Source: Oscillospiraceae bacterium (GTDB taxonomy: Bacteria; Bacillota; Clostridia; Oscillospirales; Ruminococcaceae). Taken from it: a DNA stretch of 64,000 nt. Both the position numbers and the translations under genes were made by a program. The DNA lies in contig JAZQIL010000183.1 of the NCBI GenBank assembly GCA_045541055.1, forward strand, positions 4,878 to 68,877, written 5' to 3'. The notes below the pieces were generated by a model. That model was not told the DNA's origin. It saw nothing but the letters and a program-made list of their open reading frames with translations, and made no database searches. Positions 42,326 through 53,129 of the stretch are shown here, piece by piece; the stretch's first letter is position 1; every line of letters starts with the position of its first letter.

Positions 42326-44632
42326 ATGCAAAATAATAAAAACTTGATTTTATGGGTAGAATTACTTTTTGCGCTTCTTTCATTTTGGGTACTGCTGATT
42401 GTTCCCTCTTATCCGGAATATACAATGATGGTACTGCGCATTTATATTTTAAGCATGATTATTTTAACTGTCTCTCTGGTGTTAGTTGTCAGAAGATACC
42501 AAAGTCAGCACAGTTCCGTCGATATGAACCGGATTTTCGATATGGTTGACCGGATTGATGAGCCGGCTTTTATCTGGTCTTCTGATTTATCCATGATGTA
42601 CGGCAACCATGCTATGAATGAATTGCTTAATATTGCAGAAGAAGATAACAGCAGCCACGCACTTGAATTAAATAAATTTTTCCATAATATCGGACTTAGC
42701 CCTAAAAATGCCGCTGAAATTATGAGCAGCCGGACTTATCCTACAGGCTTGCAGGTCTCCGCTGATAAAAAACGTTATATTAACTGGTCAACTTCCCTGA
42801 TGATGAAAAATGATGTCACTTCACTTTATTTTTCTATCGGCTTTGAAACAACCAAGTTTGAAGAAGCAAAACAATCCCTCAGCGAAAAAACAGAAACTTT
42901 AGCCGTTTCTGAAAACCGCTATGCACTTTCCATGAAGCTTTCCGGTGTCGGCTTTTTACTCTGCGAAACAATTCACAACGGCTGTTATGATGAATACTAC
43001 GTTTCCAAAGAAGCACAGGAATTTCTGGGAATTGAAAAAGACCATATTTCTTTTCATGAATTCCGGAAAAAAATTTATTCAGATGACCGCTATAAATTTG
43101 ATAATTACATTCATGAACTGGAACACCCTGACCCGAATGCAGAAGCTGTCCCCCGTGTCATGGAACTCAGAATTCACCCTGAAATGAGTAAACCCTTTGT
43201 CTGGTATGCTTATCATTATCATGCAAATCTTTTCGATAAAAGCGGTATCCCCATTGTCGGCGGTGCGCTCGTCAATATCGCTCAGGAAAAAGAAAAAGAT
43301 GCTTTACTCGAAAAATACGCTTATCAGGACGAAATTACTGAAATTTCCAACCGTAAAAAACTGATTGAATACGGCAAGGAATGCTATGCTGCTTACGAAA
43401 AAGAACATAAGCCTTACTGGGTCATGGTACTGGATATTGACCGTTTTCATTTAATTAACGATTCCTGCGGTTATGCAAGCGGTAATAAAGTCCTCAGAGA
43501 ATTCGCTTCTATCTTATCCAAATACCAAGACCAAGGCAAACAGGACAAACCCGGACTTGCTGCCCGTCTGGGTGCAGACAATTTCGCACTCCTGATGCAT
43601 GATTATGAAGATGAAGCACTCCCGAAACATAAACTTGACCTTATCCGCAAAGATTTTGCAAAGCTCGAATCCGGTGAATTTGCTTCCCTTTCTTTAACCT
43701 GTTCTGCCGGTGTTGCACATCTTCCGAGAGACGGCAAAACGTTTGAAGAAGTTCTGGAACATGCAGAATTTGCACTCACAATCTGCAAGGGCGAACTTGC
43801 TTATATGATGGGCTATGATGCAGAAATGCATCAGGAAATCTTACATCAGGGCGAAATGGAAAAAGCTCTCTCCGATGCAATTGAAAATCATCATCTTCAG
43901 CTTTATTATCAGCCGAAATTTGACCTGCATACTGAAAAAATTATGGGTGCAGAAGCCCTTATCCGCTGGATTAAGCCTGACGGCACAATGATTTCTCCGA
44001 ATGTCTTTATTCCGATTGCTGAAAAATCAGGCATGATTTCAGATATCAGCAATTTTGTACTTCGTGAAGCGTGTCAGCAAACCGGCTTATGGCAGAAAGA
44101 AGGCCTTTCTCCGATTGTCATGTCTATCAATTTCGCTTCCGGCGACTTTTATCAGGCGAATGTTTGTGAAGTCGTACAGCATGAACTTGACGCTGCCGGA
44201 TTAGAACCAAAATATCTCGAACTTGAACTGACAGAACGTCTTGCACTTGGAGACATTAACTATACAATTGAGCAGATGAATGCGCTCCGTGCAATGGGTG
44301 TTTTACTGGCAATGGACGATTTCGGCACAGGCTATTCTTCTTTGAGCTATATTCAAAGACTGCCTCTGACGCTTTTAAAGCTTGACCGTTCATTTATCAT
44401 TGAAATTGAAACCGATTCTGTTGCACAAGTAATTGTTTCCGCTGTTATTCAAATTGCAAAATCTATGAATATGGAAACAATTGCAGAAGGCGTAGAATAT
44501 GAAAAACAGTCTCAAATCCTGAAAGATATGGGCTGTGATTATATTCAGGGCTATCTTTACGGAAAGCCTATGCCGGCGGAACAGTTCCATAAACGTCTTG
44601 AAATTAACACTTACGGGAAGGAAGTGTCTTAA
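42326..44632 (+). CDS. Membrane-anchored PAS / degenerate-GGDEF / EAL protein (probable c-di-GMP phosphodiesterase)
   Basis: Two N-terminal TM helices. The GGDEF position reads GADNF. EAL-domain motifs are intact (EALIRW, DDFGTGYSSL, KLDRSFI, AEGVE, QGY). There is no strong RBS at the ATG at 42326, so the start is uncertain. Confidence 0.8.
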   Translation: MQNNKNLILWVELLFALLSFWVLLIVPSYPEYTMMVLRIYILSMIILTVSLVLVVRRYQSQHSSVDMNRIFDMVDRIDEPAFIWSSDLSMMYGNHAMNELLNIAEEDNSSHALELNKFFHNIGLSPKNAAEIMSSRTYPTGLQVSADKKRYINWSTSLMMKNDVTSLYFSIGFETTKFEEAKQSLSEKTETLAVSENRYALSMKLSGVGFLLCETIHNGCYDEYYVSKEAQEFLGIEKDHISFHEFRKKIYSDDRYKFDNYIHELEHPDPNAEAVPRVMELRIHPEMSKPFVWYAYHYHANLFDKSGIPIVGGALVNIAQEKEKDALLEKYAYQDEITEISNRKKLIEYGKECYAAYEKEHKPYWVMVLDIDRFHLINDSCGYASGNKVLREFASILSKYQDQGKQDKPGLAARLGADNFALLMHDYEDEALPKHKLDLIRKDFAKLESGEFASLSLTCSAGVAHLPRDGKTFEEVLEHAEFALTICKGELAYMMGYDAEMHQEILHQGEMEKALSDAIENHHLQLYYQPKFDLHTEKIMGAEALIRWIKPDGTMISPNVFIPIAEKSGMISDISNFVLREACQQTGLWQKEGLSPIVMSINFASGDFYQANVCEVVQHELDAAGLEPKYLELELTERLALGDINYTIEQMNALRAMGVLLAMDDFGTGYSSLSYIQRLPLTLLKLDRSFIIEIETDSVAQVIVSAVIQIAKSMNMETIAEGVEYEKQSQILKDMGCDYIQGYLYGKPMPAEQFHKRLEINTYGKEVS

Positions 44633-44634
44633 TC

Positions 44635-45303
44635 ATGACAACGATTCAAGAGAAAAAATTCAAGCCTGCACCTGTTTACACGCTTGGAGAAGAAATTTTT
44701 AATTCCGTTTCTCATGGTGTGGGCGCACTGCTTGCCATTGCGGGCTGTGTGGTGTTAATTGTTTTCTGCGCTTTGAACAGAGGCGCAAAAGAAATTGTTT
44801 CTGCCTCTATTTTTGGTGCATCTATGATTATTCTCTATACCATGTCCACACTCTATCATGCTTTAACCAATCAAAAAGCAAAGCATATTTTCCGGATTTT
44901 CGACCATGCAACAATTTTTCTGCTGATTGCCGGAACATATACCCCTTATGCGCTTTGCTGTATTAAGCCGTTATGGTTAGGCATTACCATTTTAAGTTCC
45001 ATCTGGGCAGCGGCTGCCATTGGCATTATGTTCACTTCGGTCAATCTTGAAAAATTCAGTAAACTTTCGACAATATGTTATATTTTAATGGGCTGGGCGA
45101 TAGTTTTTGCGATTAAACCCTTATATGAACAGCTTCCCATGATTAGCTTTATTATGCTTTTTGCTGGTGGTCTGATGTATTCAGGCGGTGTTTACTTCTA
45201 CAAGAAAAAATCTGTGAAATATTTTCATTCTATCTGGCATTTATTCGTATTAGCCGGAACAGTAATGCATTTCTTTTCTATTTTCTATGCAATCGGATTT
45301 TAA
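44635..45303 (+). CDS. Hemolysin III / PAQR-family membrane protein
   Basis: Seven TM segments with HGVGALLA, YHA, DHATIFLLIAGTYTP and HSIWHLFVLAG motifs. Confidence 0.85.
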   Translation: MTTIQEKKFKPAPVYTLGEEIFNSVSHGVGALLAIAGCVVLIVFCALNRGAKEIVSASIFGASMIILYTMSTLYHALTNQKAKHIFRIFDHATIFLLIAGTYTPYALCCIKPLWLGITILSSIWAAAAIGIMFTSVNLEKFSKLSTICYILMGWAIVFAIKPLYEQLPMISFIMLFAGGLMYSGGVYFYKKKSVKYFHSIWHLFVLAGTVMHFFSIFYAIGF

Positions 45304-45346
45304 AAATATTATTTAAATTTATTAAATTCTAAGGAGGAATTTTATT

Positions 45347-46423
45347 ATGAAAAAACGTATTGGCATTTTAACCAGCGGTGGAGACTGCCCCGGACTGAAT
45401 GCAACCATCAGAGGTGTTGTAAAAGCTTGCTATGAACGCTTCGGAGAAGACAATATTCAAATAGTCGGTATTTCCAACGGCTATTATGGATTGATTCACG
45501 GACTTTGCAGAGATATGCAGCCTTCTGAATTTTCCGGCATTCTCACACAGGGCGGTACAATCTTAGGTACAAAGCGTCAGCCGTTCAAAATGATGACTGT
45601 CATTGGAGAAGATAACATTGACAAAGTCAAAAGTATGAAAGAAACTTACAAAAAACAAAAGCTTGACTGTCTGCTGACACTCGGCGGAAACGGCACACAT
45701 AAAACTTCTCATCTGCTTGCAAATGAAGGTTTAAATGTAATTGGACTTCCCAAAACGATTGATAATGACCTTTATGGTACAGATGTCACTTTCGGATTTC
45801 ATACTGCTGTAGATATTGCAACAGATGCCCTTGACAGACTGCACACCACTGCTGCAAGCCATTCCAGAATTATTGTCTGTGAAATTATGGGCAATAAAGC
45901 CGGCTGGCTGACACTTTACTCAGGAATTGCCGGCGGTGCAGATATTATCCTGCTCCCTGAAATCCCTTACGATATTGACAAAGTTTGTGATGCTGTCGTC
46001 AAAAGAGCGCAAAAAGGCAAGACTTTCTCTATTCTTGCTGTTGCAGAAGGTGTCTTTGACACAGAAACTGCTAAACTCAAAAAGAAAGAACGTGAAAAGT
46101 ATCGTGTTGAAAACGGAAATGATACTTCTCGCATTGCCGCTCAGATTCAGGCAAACACCGGCATTGAAGCCCGTGTTTGTGTTCCGGGTCATATGCTTCG
46201 TGGCGGTTCTCCAAGTGCTTACGACAGACTGCTTGCAACACAGTTTGGTGTACACGCTGCGGAACTCATTGCACAGGAAAAATTCGGCCGTACCGTTGCT
46301 TATGTCAATGGTCAGGTAACTTCCAACAAGCTGGAGGACATCGCCGGAAAGAAAAAACTGGTTGACCCCAAAGGACAGGAAGTACAAACTGCCCGTGATT
46401 TAGGCATTTCCTTCGGTGACTAA
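45347..46423 (+). CDS. pfk: 6-phosphofructokinase-family enzyme (atypical active-site motifs)
   Basis: GGDCPGLNA, GLPKTIDNDL and PGHMLRGG motifs. It has GGNGT where GGDGS is expected and MGNKAG where MGR is expected. Confidence 0.85.
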   Translation: MKKRIGILTSGGDCPGLNATIRGVVKACYERFGEDNIQIVGISNGYYGLIHGLCRDMQPSEFSGILTQGGTILGTKRQPFKMMTVIGEDNIDKVKSMKETYKKQKLDCLLTLGGNGTHKTSHLLANEGLNVIGLPKTIDNDLYGTDVTFGFHTAVDIATDALDRLHTTAASHSRIIVCEIMGNKAGWLTLYSGIAGGADIILLPEIPYDIDKVCDAVVKRAQKGKTFSILAVAEGVFDTETAKLKKKEREKYRVENGNDTSRIAAQIQANTGIEARVCVPGHMLRGGSPSAYDRLLATQFGVHAAELIAQEKFGRTVAYVNGQVTSNKLEDIAGKKKLVDPKGQEVQTARDLGISFGD

Positions 46424-46440
46424 TATTTCATTCTCATTTA

Positions 46441-46478
46441 ACAGGCTTTCTGTGTGAATACAGAAAGCCTGTTTTTTT
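46441..46478 (+). terminator. Intrinsic terminator after pfk
   Basis: 12-bp stem ACAGGCTTTCTG/CAGAAAGCCTGT followed by TTTTTT. Confidence 0.75.
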
Positions 46479-46566
46479 ACTTCAAATATTCCACAGATGT
46501 TTCTTTTCAGCCGATATGTACAAAAATTATATCAATTTTTAGTTTGTTCCCCCTATGCATAAATGG

Positions 46567-46595
46567 TTGACAATTCTAAAAAAGTATGCTATACT
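46567..46595 (+). promoter_or_regulatory. Sigma-A-type promoter of the DegV gene
   Basis: TTGACA (46567-46572), 17-nt spacer, TATACT (46590-46595). Confidence 0.55.
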
Positions 46596-46633
46596 GGTAA
46601 AAGAATGATTTGACGTGAGAGGAGTTTGTTCCC

Positions 46634-47485
46634 ATGGAAGAAAAAATTGTCATTACTTACGACAGCGGTCTTGATGTTGACCCTGAAATTGTAAAAAAAT
46701 ATGGTATCAAAAAATTACCTATTATCCTTAAATTAGGCGTAAATGAAAGCCTTGATGATGGCAGTGTGACTCCAGATGATATTATTGAATATTTCAAAAA
46801 AGAAAATGAACTGGCAATTACTGCGCCTCCAACTGTGCAGGATTTATTCCGTTTCTTTACAAAATTCGTACATATGGGCTATACTGTCATTCATATTGCA
46901 ACTTCTTCAAAATTATCCTCTGCATATGACTATGCAAAAGCCGCTGCGGAAAGTTTTAATCGAATTCATATTATTAACAGTAAAGCTTACTCCATCGGCG
47001 GTATGCCAATTGTTTTAAAAGCGGCTGAAATGCTGGAAGAAGGCAAATCTACTGAAGAAATCGTGAAATACTGCACAAATATGGCTGACAGAATCCGAAT
47101 GCATGTTCTAATCAGCAATCTGAACTATATTCACTCCGGCGGACATATTAACATCAGCCAGAAACTGCTGCTTTCTGTATTCGGCATGGTGCCTACTGTT
47201 GCGGTAGAAGATGGCTATTTCTATGTGAAAAAAAGCTATCGTGGTCATCTGGATAAATCTTCTATTAAGTTCATTGATGATATTATGAAAACTGCTAAAG
47301 GCGTGGACAGAAAAAATTTCTTCCTTGGTCATACTGGGCTTCCAAACTCTATTCTGGAAGATGCAAGAAAAGAAATCAATCAGGTTTCAGACTTTGACCA
47401 TATCATTACAACAAGATGCGGCTGTAGTGTCACAACGCATTATGGTGACGGCGGTCTGTTGCTTTGCTGGGTGTCACAAGAATAA
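46634..47485 (+). CDS. DegV-family fatty-acid-binding protein
   Basis: 283 aa. N-terminus IVITYDSGLDVDPEI, and the overall length and pattern are typical of DegV. RBS GAGAGGAG. Confidence 0.8.
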   Translation: MEEKIVITYDSGLDVDPEIVKKYGIKKLPIILKLGVNESLDDGSVTPDDIIEYFKKENELAITAPPTVQDLFRFFTKFVHMGYTVIHIATSSKLSSAYDYAKAAAESFNRIHIINSKAYSIGGMPIVLKAAEMLEEGKSTEEIVKYCTNMADRIRMHVLISNLNYIHSGGHINISQKLLLSVFGMVPTVAVEDGYFYVKKSYRGHLDKSSIKFIDDIMKTAKGVDRKNFFLGHTGLPNSILEDARKEINQVSDFDHIITTRCGCSVTTHYGDGGLLLCWVSQE

Positions 47486-47489
47486 TTAA

Positions 47490-47528
47490 AAATACTCCGG
47501 AGAGATTTCCCTCCGGAGTTTGCTTTTT
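47490..47528. terminator. Bidirectional intrinsic terminator between the DegV and DUF1846 genes
   Basis: CTCCGGAG...CTCCGGAG hairpin (47495-47518) flanked by an A-run and a T-run. Confidence 0.6.
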
Positions 47529-48996
47529 AAGAAAATTTCGGCTCACAAGTTAAATTCACACCTAACCGCTTGAAAATTCTTTCATCTACTGCGGATAAAA
47601 TAACCGTAGAATGCACTTCACACCCCCAAAGCTTAGAAATTTGCTCCATTGCTTTTTTTGCATTTTCATCTGTATTGGCACATATGGAAAGTGCAAGCAA
47701 AGTTTCATCTGTATGCAGGCGGGGATTCTGATTTCCTAAATGCTGAATCTTTAAATTTTGAATCGGTTCAATGACATGCGGAGACATCAGTAAAATTTCA
47801 TCTTTCAGACCGGCGAAATGTTTCAGTGCATTCAAAAGCAGTGCAGAACATGCGCCTAATAAATCGGAAGTTCTTCCGGTTAAAATTGTTCCGTCCGGTA
47901 ATTCCATTGCGGCAGCTGGTTCACCAGTTTGTTTTTCACGTTCTAATGCAGGTGCAACGACTTTTCTGTCCTCAGGTTTAACACCAGCCTGTTTCATTAA
48001 AAGCTCCAGCTTATAAATTTCTTCTTCTGTGGAAGTGCCTTTTTTTCTGCCGCATAACGCTGTATAATAACGGCGGATAATTTCATCACTTGCGGCTTCA
48101 CAAACGGCTGTATTGTCTACAATGCAGTTACCAGCCATATTGACTCCCATATCTGTGGGGGATTTATAAGGCGATTCTCCTAAAATCTTTTCAAACATTG
48201 CATTCAGTACCGGAAAGATTTCAATATCACGGTTATAATTCACAGTTGTTTTATTATACGCTTCCAAATGAAACGGGTCAATCATATTCACATCATTCAG
48301 GTCAGAAGTTGCTGCTTCATAAGCAATATTGACCGGATGTCTTAACGGCAGATTCCAGATTGGAAATGTTTCAAATTTCGCATAGCCGGCATTCACGCCT
48401 CTTTTATGCTCATGATAAATTTGTGAAAGGCAGGTAGCCATTTTACCGCTTCCCGGCCCTGGAGCGGTCACAACGACTAATTTTCTGGAAGTCTGGATAT
48501 AATCATTTCTTCCATAACCTTCTTCACTCATAATCAGTTCTAAATTAGATGGATATCCTTTAATAGAATAATGATGATATACTTTCACGCCCAATGCTTC
48601 CAGACGGCTCTGAAATGCATCTGCTGTCGGCTGATGTTCATATCTGGTCAAAACTACACTGCTGACATATAAGCCGATTTTCGTGAAAACGTGAAATAAA
48701 CGAATCACATCAACATCGTAAGTAATTCCCAAATCTCCACGGGTTTTATTTTTTTCAATATCTCCGGCATTGATGACAATGACAATTTCCGCTTCATCTT
48801 TCAGCTGTAACAGCATTTGCAGTTTGCTGTCCGGTTTAAATCCCGGCAACACTCTGGAAGCGTGATAATCATCAAACAGCTTTCCTCCGAATTCCAGATA
48901 AAGCTTATCCCCGAAATGGGTGATTCTTTCCCGAATATGTTCGGACTGCATCTGTAAATACTTTTGGTTATCAAAACCGATTTTTCCTGAACTCAT
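47527..48996 (-). CDS. DUF1846 (UPF0371) family protein
   Basis: MSSGKIGFDNQKYLQMQSEHIRERI...KLYLEFGGKLFDDYHASRVLPGF matches the conserved DUF1846 N-terminus. The ORF-track start at 49185 would overlap pyrG by more than 100 nt. Confidence 0.8.
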   Translation of the reverse strand: MSSGKIGFDNQKYLQMQSEHIRERITHFGDKLYLEFGGKLFDDYHASRVLPGFKPDSKLQMLLQLKDEAEIVIVINAGDIEKNKTRGDLGITYDVDVIRLFHVFTKIGLYVSSVVLTRYEHQPTADAFQSRLEALGVKVYHHYSIKGYPSNLELIMSEEGYGRNDYIQTSRKLVVVTAPGPGSGKMATCLSQIYHEHKRGVNAGYAKFETFPIWNLPLRHPVNIAYEAATSDLNDVNMIDPFHLEAYNKTTVNYNRDIEIFPVLNAMFEKILGESPYKSPTDMGVNMAGNCIVDNTAVCEAASDEIIRRYYTALCGRKKGTSTEEEIYKLELLMKQAGVKPEDRKVVAPALEREKQTGEPAAAMELPDGTILTGRTSDLLGACSALLLNALKHFAGLKDEILLMSPHVIEPIQNLKIQHLGNQNPRLHTDETLLALSICANTDENAKKAMEQISKLWGCEVHSTVILSAVDERIFKRLGVNLTCEPKFS

Positions 48997-49078
48997 GATA
49001 GCTAATTCCCTTCTTAAAAAATTCTCATCTTCTATCATAGCATAATTTTTATAAAATTGCAAGAGAAAATCGAAAAAA

Positions 49079-50719
<1,641 letters not shown>

Positions 50720-50747
50720 TTATAAATTTTAAATATATATAAAAAGC

Positions 50748-50789
50748 AAGCTTCACACAGCCTGAAATCATTCAGACTGCATGAAGCTT
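50748..50789 (-). terminator. Hairpin plus U-run between the ROK gene and pyrG (terminator and/or pyrG leader attenuator)
   Basis: On the minus strand, AAGCUUCA...UGAAGCUU with an inner CUGAA/UUCAG stem, followed by GCUUUUUA. It lies 20 nt after the ROK stop and 46 nt before the pyrG ATG. Confidence 0.55.
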
Positions 50790-50808
50790 CATTGCTTCTT
50801 TTATGAAA

Positions 50809-52056
50809 TTATAACTTCATCATATTCTGTTCAGGAATACCGCCGTTCATATAAAAGTTTTTCAGTAAAACTAATGAACACCCGCCTAAAAAATCCGTTT
50901 TGCCTTCCACACTGCTGCAAACTAAACGTTCTGCAATATCATCACCAGCAAACTGCTTGATATAACGCCTGAATACGCCAAAGCCCTTTTCTGTCAGTTC
51001 AAAATGATGCAATACAATCTGTTGTGCCTGAAAACAACATACTAAATTATGCAACAGCACACTCCAGTCCTGCATAATTTCATTCACAACAGATTCACAG
51101 CGCACATCTCCGGAAGAAACTGCCTGATACATCTGTTCCAATGTGACCCGTTCAATATAGCCGTCAGTGGCTGTATATAAAAATGGTGTGCGCTCTCTGC
51201 TGTAAACTTCTGCAATTCTTGCCTGCATTGCCTGTACAGATAACTGCGCCCTGACTGAACCAGCCGGATAACCGTCCTGTTGCCTTCCACCTGGGTGTAC
51301 AATACAACGTTCTGTTAAATAACTGTAAGTTAAATAATCCCGTTCAGATTTTTCAGCTTTCAAAAGGGCAATGTGAATATGACTGCCTAAATGCAGATAA
51401 ATCTGATTTGCAGTCGGAACACCGTTTCTCTGTAAATCTGCATTGGCAAGTGCCTGAAGCCAGACTGCATTTCCACAAAATACAGGGGGCATCTGCGGAA
51501 AGGCAGAAAGTGCTTTTTTCAGTTCTGTGAAATCTAAAATACCATCTTTATAAAATACTCTCATTCTGCCAATCATAATTGGCATAACGCCTACGCCTAA
51601 GCCAAGTACTTCCTGTTTTGTCAGACAGCTGTCAGCCATCATCTGTTCAGAAGATGCAATAATAAATTGAATAATTTCTTTTCTGCTGGTATGCTCATTA
51701 CAAGTCAGACAAGCTTTATCCAGAATATCCATATGCATGGTACAAAGACCAACAGTCACTTCCTGTTCGCTGATAACCGCACCAAGTACAAATTTATAAT
51801 TTGCATTGACATCTAGAAGAATTTTTCTTCTGCCTTTTGGAAGTCTGTTATCCTGATTCTGATAAGGTGCTTCTCCGATTTCCATGAGAATCCCTTCTTC
51901 AATCATTGCATTTGTAATTTGTGTTACAGAAGCACGGGTAATCTGCAACTGCTGTGACAAATCCACTCTGGAGACAGGACCAGCCTCCCAAACAGTACGG
52001 AGTACCTGCATTCTGTTAATTCTTTTCAGGTCTAATTTACTGATACCACTCTGCAT
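50809..52056 (-). CDS. ROK-family transcriptional regulator (N-terminal winged HTH)
   Basis: LKRINRMQVLRTVWEAGPVSRVDLSQQLQITRASVTQITNAMIEEGIL followed by a ROK-like sugar-kinase fold. Start set at the ATG at 52056 after GGAAAGGAAG. Confidence 0.8.
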   Translation of the reverse strand: MQSGISKLDLKRINRMQVLRTVWEAGPVSRVDLSQQLQITRASVTQITNAMIEEGILMEIGEAPYQNQDNRLPKGRRKILLDVNANYKFVLGAVISEQEVTVGLCTMHMDILDKACLTCNEHTSRKEIIQFIIASSEQMMADSCLTKQEVLGLGVGVMPIMIGRMRVFYKDGILDFTELKKALSAFPQMPPVFCGNAVWLQALANADLQRNGVPTANQIYLHLGSHIHIALLKAEKSERDYLTYSYLTERCIVHPGGRQQDGYPAGSVRAQLSVQAMQARIAEVYSRERTPFLYTATDGYIERVTLEQMYQAVSSGDVRCESVVNEIMQDWSVLLHNLVCCFQAQQIVLHHFELTEKGFGVFRRYIKQFAGDDIAERLVCSSVEGKTDFLGGCSLVLLKNFYMNGGIPEQNMMKL

Positions 52057-52136
52057 AAACACCTTCCTTTCCAGAGAGAAAATTTCTATTTTTATTATAA
52101 CACATTCCTGCTAAAAATGCAAGCATGATTTTCAAG

Positions 52137-53027
52137 TTATTTGGGGTTGACATGTATCATAATATGCTTGACATCTGGAATTTCCTGTTCTACTTTATCA
52201 TGCACCTGATGGGCGATTTGATGCGCTTCTGCAAGCGTCATCTGCCCATCAGCAGAAATTTCAAGGTCTACATAAATCCGATTAGCAAACGTTCTTGTTT
52301 TCAGCAGGTCAATACTTAATACACCATCTTGCTTTAAAATACATTCTTTGATACGGGATTCTGTTTCTTTGTCACATGCCTTGTCAACCATCTGATTGAC
52401 CGCATCTCTGAAAATTTCATAAGCTGCTTTGAAAATAAATACACAAATTATCAGACAGGCTATCGGGTCAAGAATCTGTAAACCGTGTCTTGCACCTAAA
52501 ATGCCCAGCAACGCCCCAACAGAAGAAAGTGAATCGCTTCGGTGATGCCATGCATCTGCCATCAATGCGCCGGAATGAATTCTTAATGCATAGTATCTTG
52601 TATACCAATACATGGCTTCTTTTGCCAGAATGGACAAAATAACCACTATCAGCGAGAAAATACCTGGTTGCACCAAATCCTGAGCATTCTGTGATGTAAT
52701 GTCCGAAAATGCCTGATATCCAATAAAAATTCCTGTTATCAGCAGTAAAACAGATAATATAATTGCTGCTGCACATTCTAAACGCTCATGTCCGTAAGGG
52801 TGGTCAGCATCTTCTTCCTTGGCAGAAAGTTTCACACCAATTACAACAACTGCTGAACTGATTAAATCAGAGGCGGAATGAATGCCATCACTCACCAGTG
52901 CAGAAGAATGTGAAAAAATTCCTGCAACAATTTTCAATACAGAAAGCATTAAATTTCCGATAATACTGACAGCAGCGGTTCTGACCGCAATTTTTGCATG
53001 ATATTCTTGATTCTGTTGGATATCCAT
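52137..53027 (-). CDS. Cation diffusion facilitator (CDF) transporter
   Basis: Six TM helices with SALVSDGIHSASD and DAWHHRSD motifs and a C-terminal cytoplasmic domain. Confidence 0.88.
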   Translation of the reverse strand: MDIQQNQEYHAKIAVRTAAVSIIGNLMLSVLKIVAGIFSHSSALVSDGIHSASDLISSAVVVIGVKLSAKEEDADHPYGHERLECAAAIILSVLLLITGIFIGYQAFSDITSQNAQDLVQPGIFSLIVVILSILAKEAMYWYTRYYALRIHSGALMADAWHHRSDSLSSVGALLGILGARHGLQILDPIACLIICVFIFKAAYEIFRDAVNQMVDKACDKETESRIKECILKQDGVLSIDLLKTRTFANRIYVDLEISADGQMTLAEAHQIAHQVHDKVEQEIPDVKHIMIHVNPK

Positions 53028-53061
53028 ACAATCACCTCGGTACAGGAATTAAATCAGATTT

Positions 53062-53094
53062 TTAAAAATTTCCCCCCGAATAAATCAGGGGGAA
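53062..53094 (-). terminator. Intrinsic terminator after the FN3 surface-protein gene
   Basis: On the minus strand, UUCCCCC/GGGGGAA hairpin followed by AUUUUU. Confidence 0.55.
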
Positions 53095-53129
53095 ACAGAT
53101 ATTTTTGTTTATGAGAAACGATTTAGAAA

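Noticed and set aside
42291-42347. An 18-codon uORF (MGGNHCAAGVFLCKIIKT) overlapping the start of the GGDEF-EAL gene.
   Set aside because: It has no RBS and no recognisable leader-peptide logic, so it was not reported as a feature. It is mentioned under the GGDEF-EAL finding.
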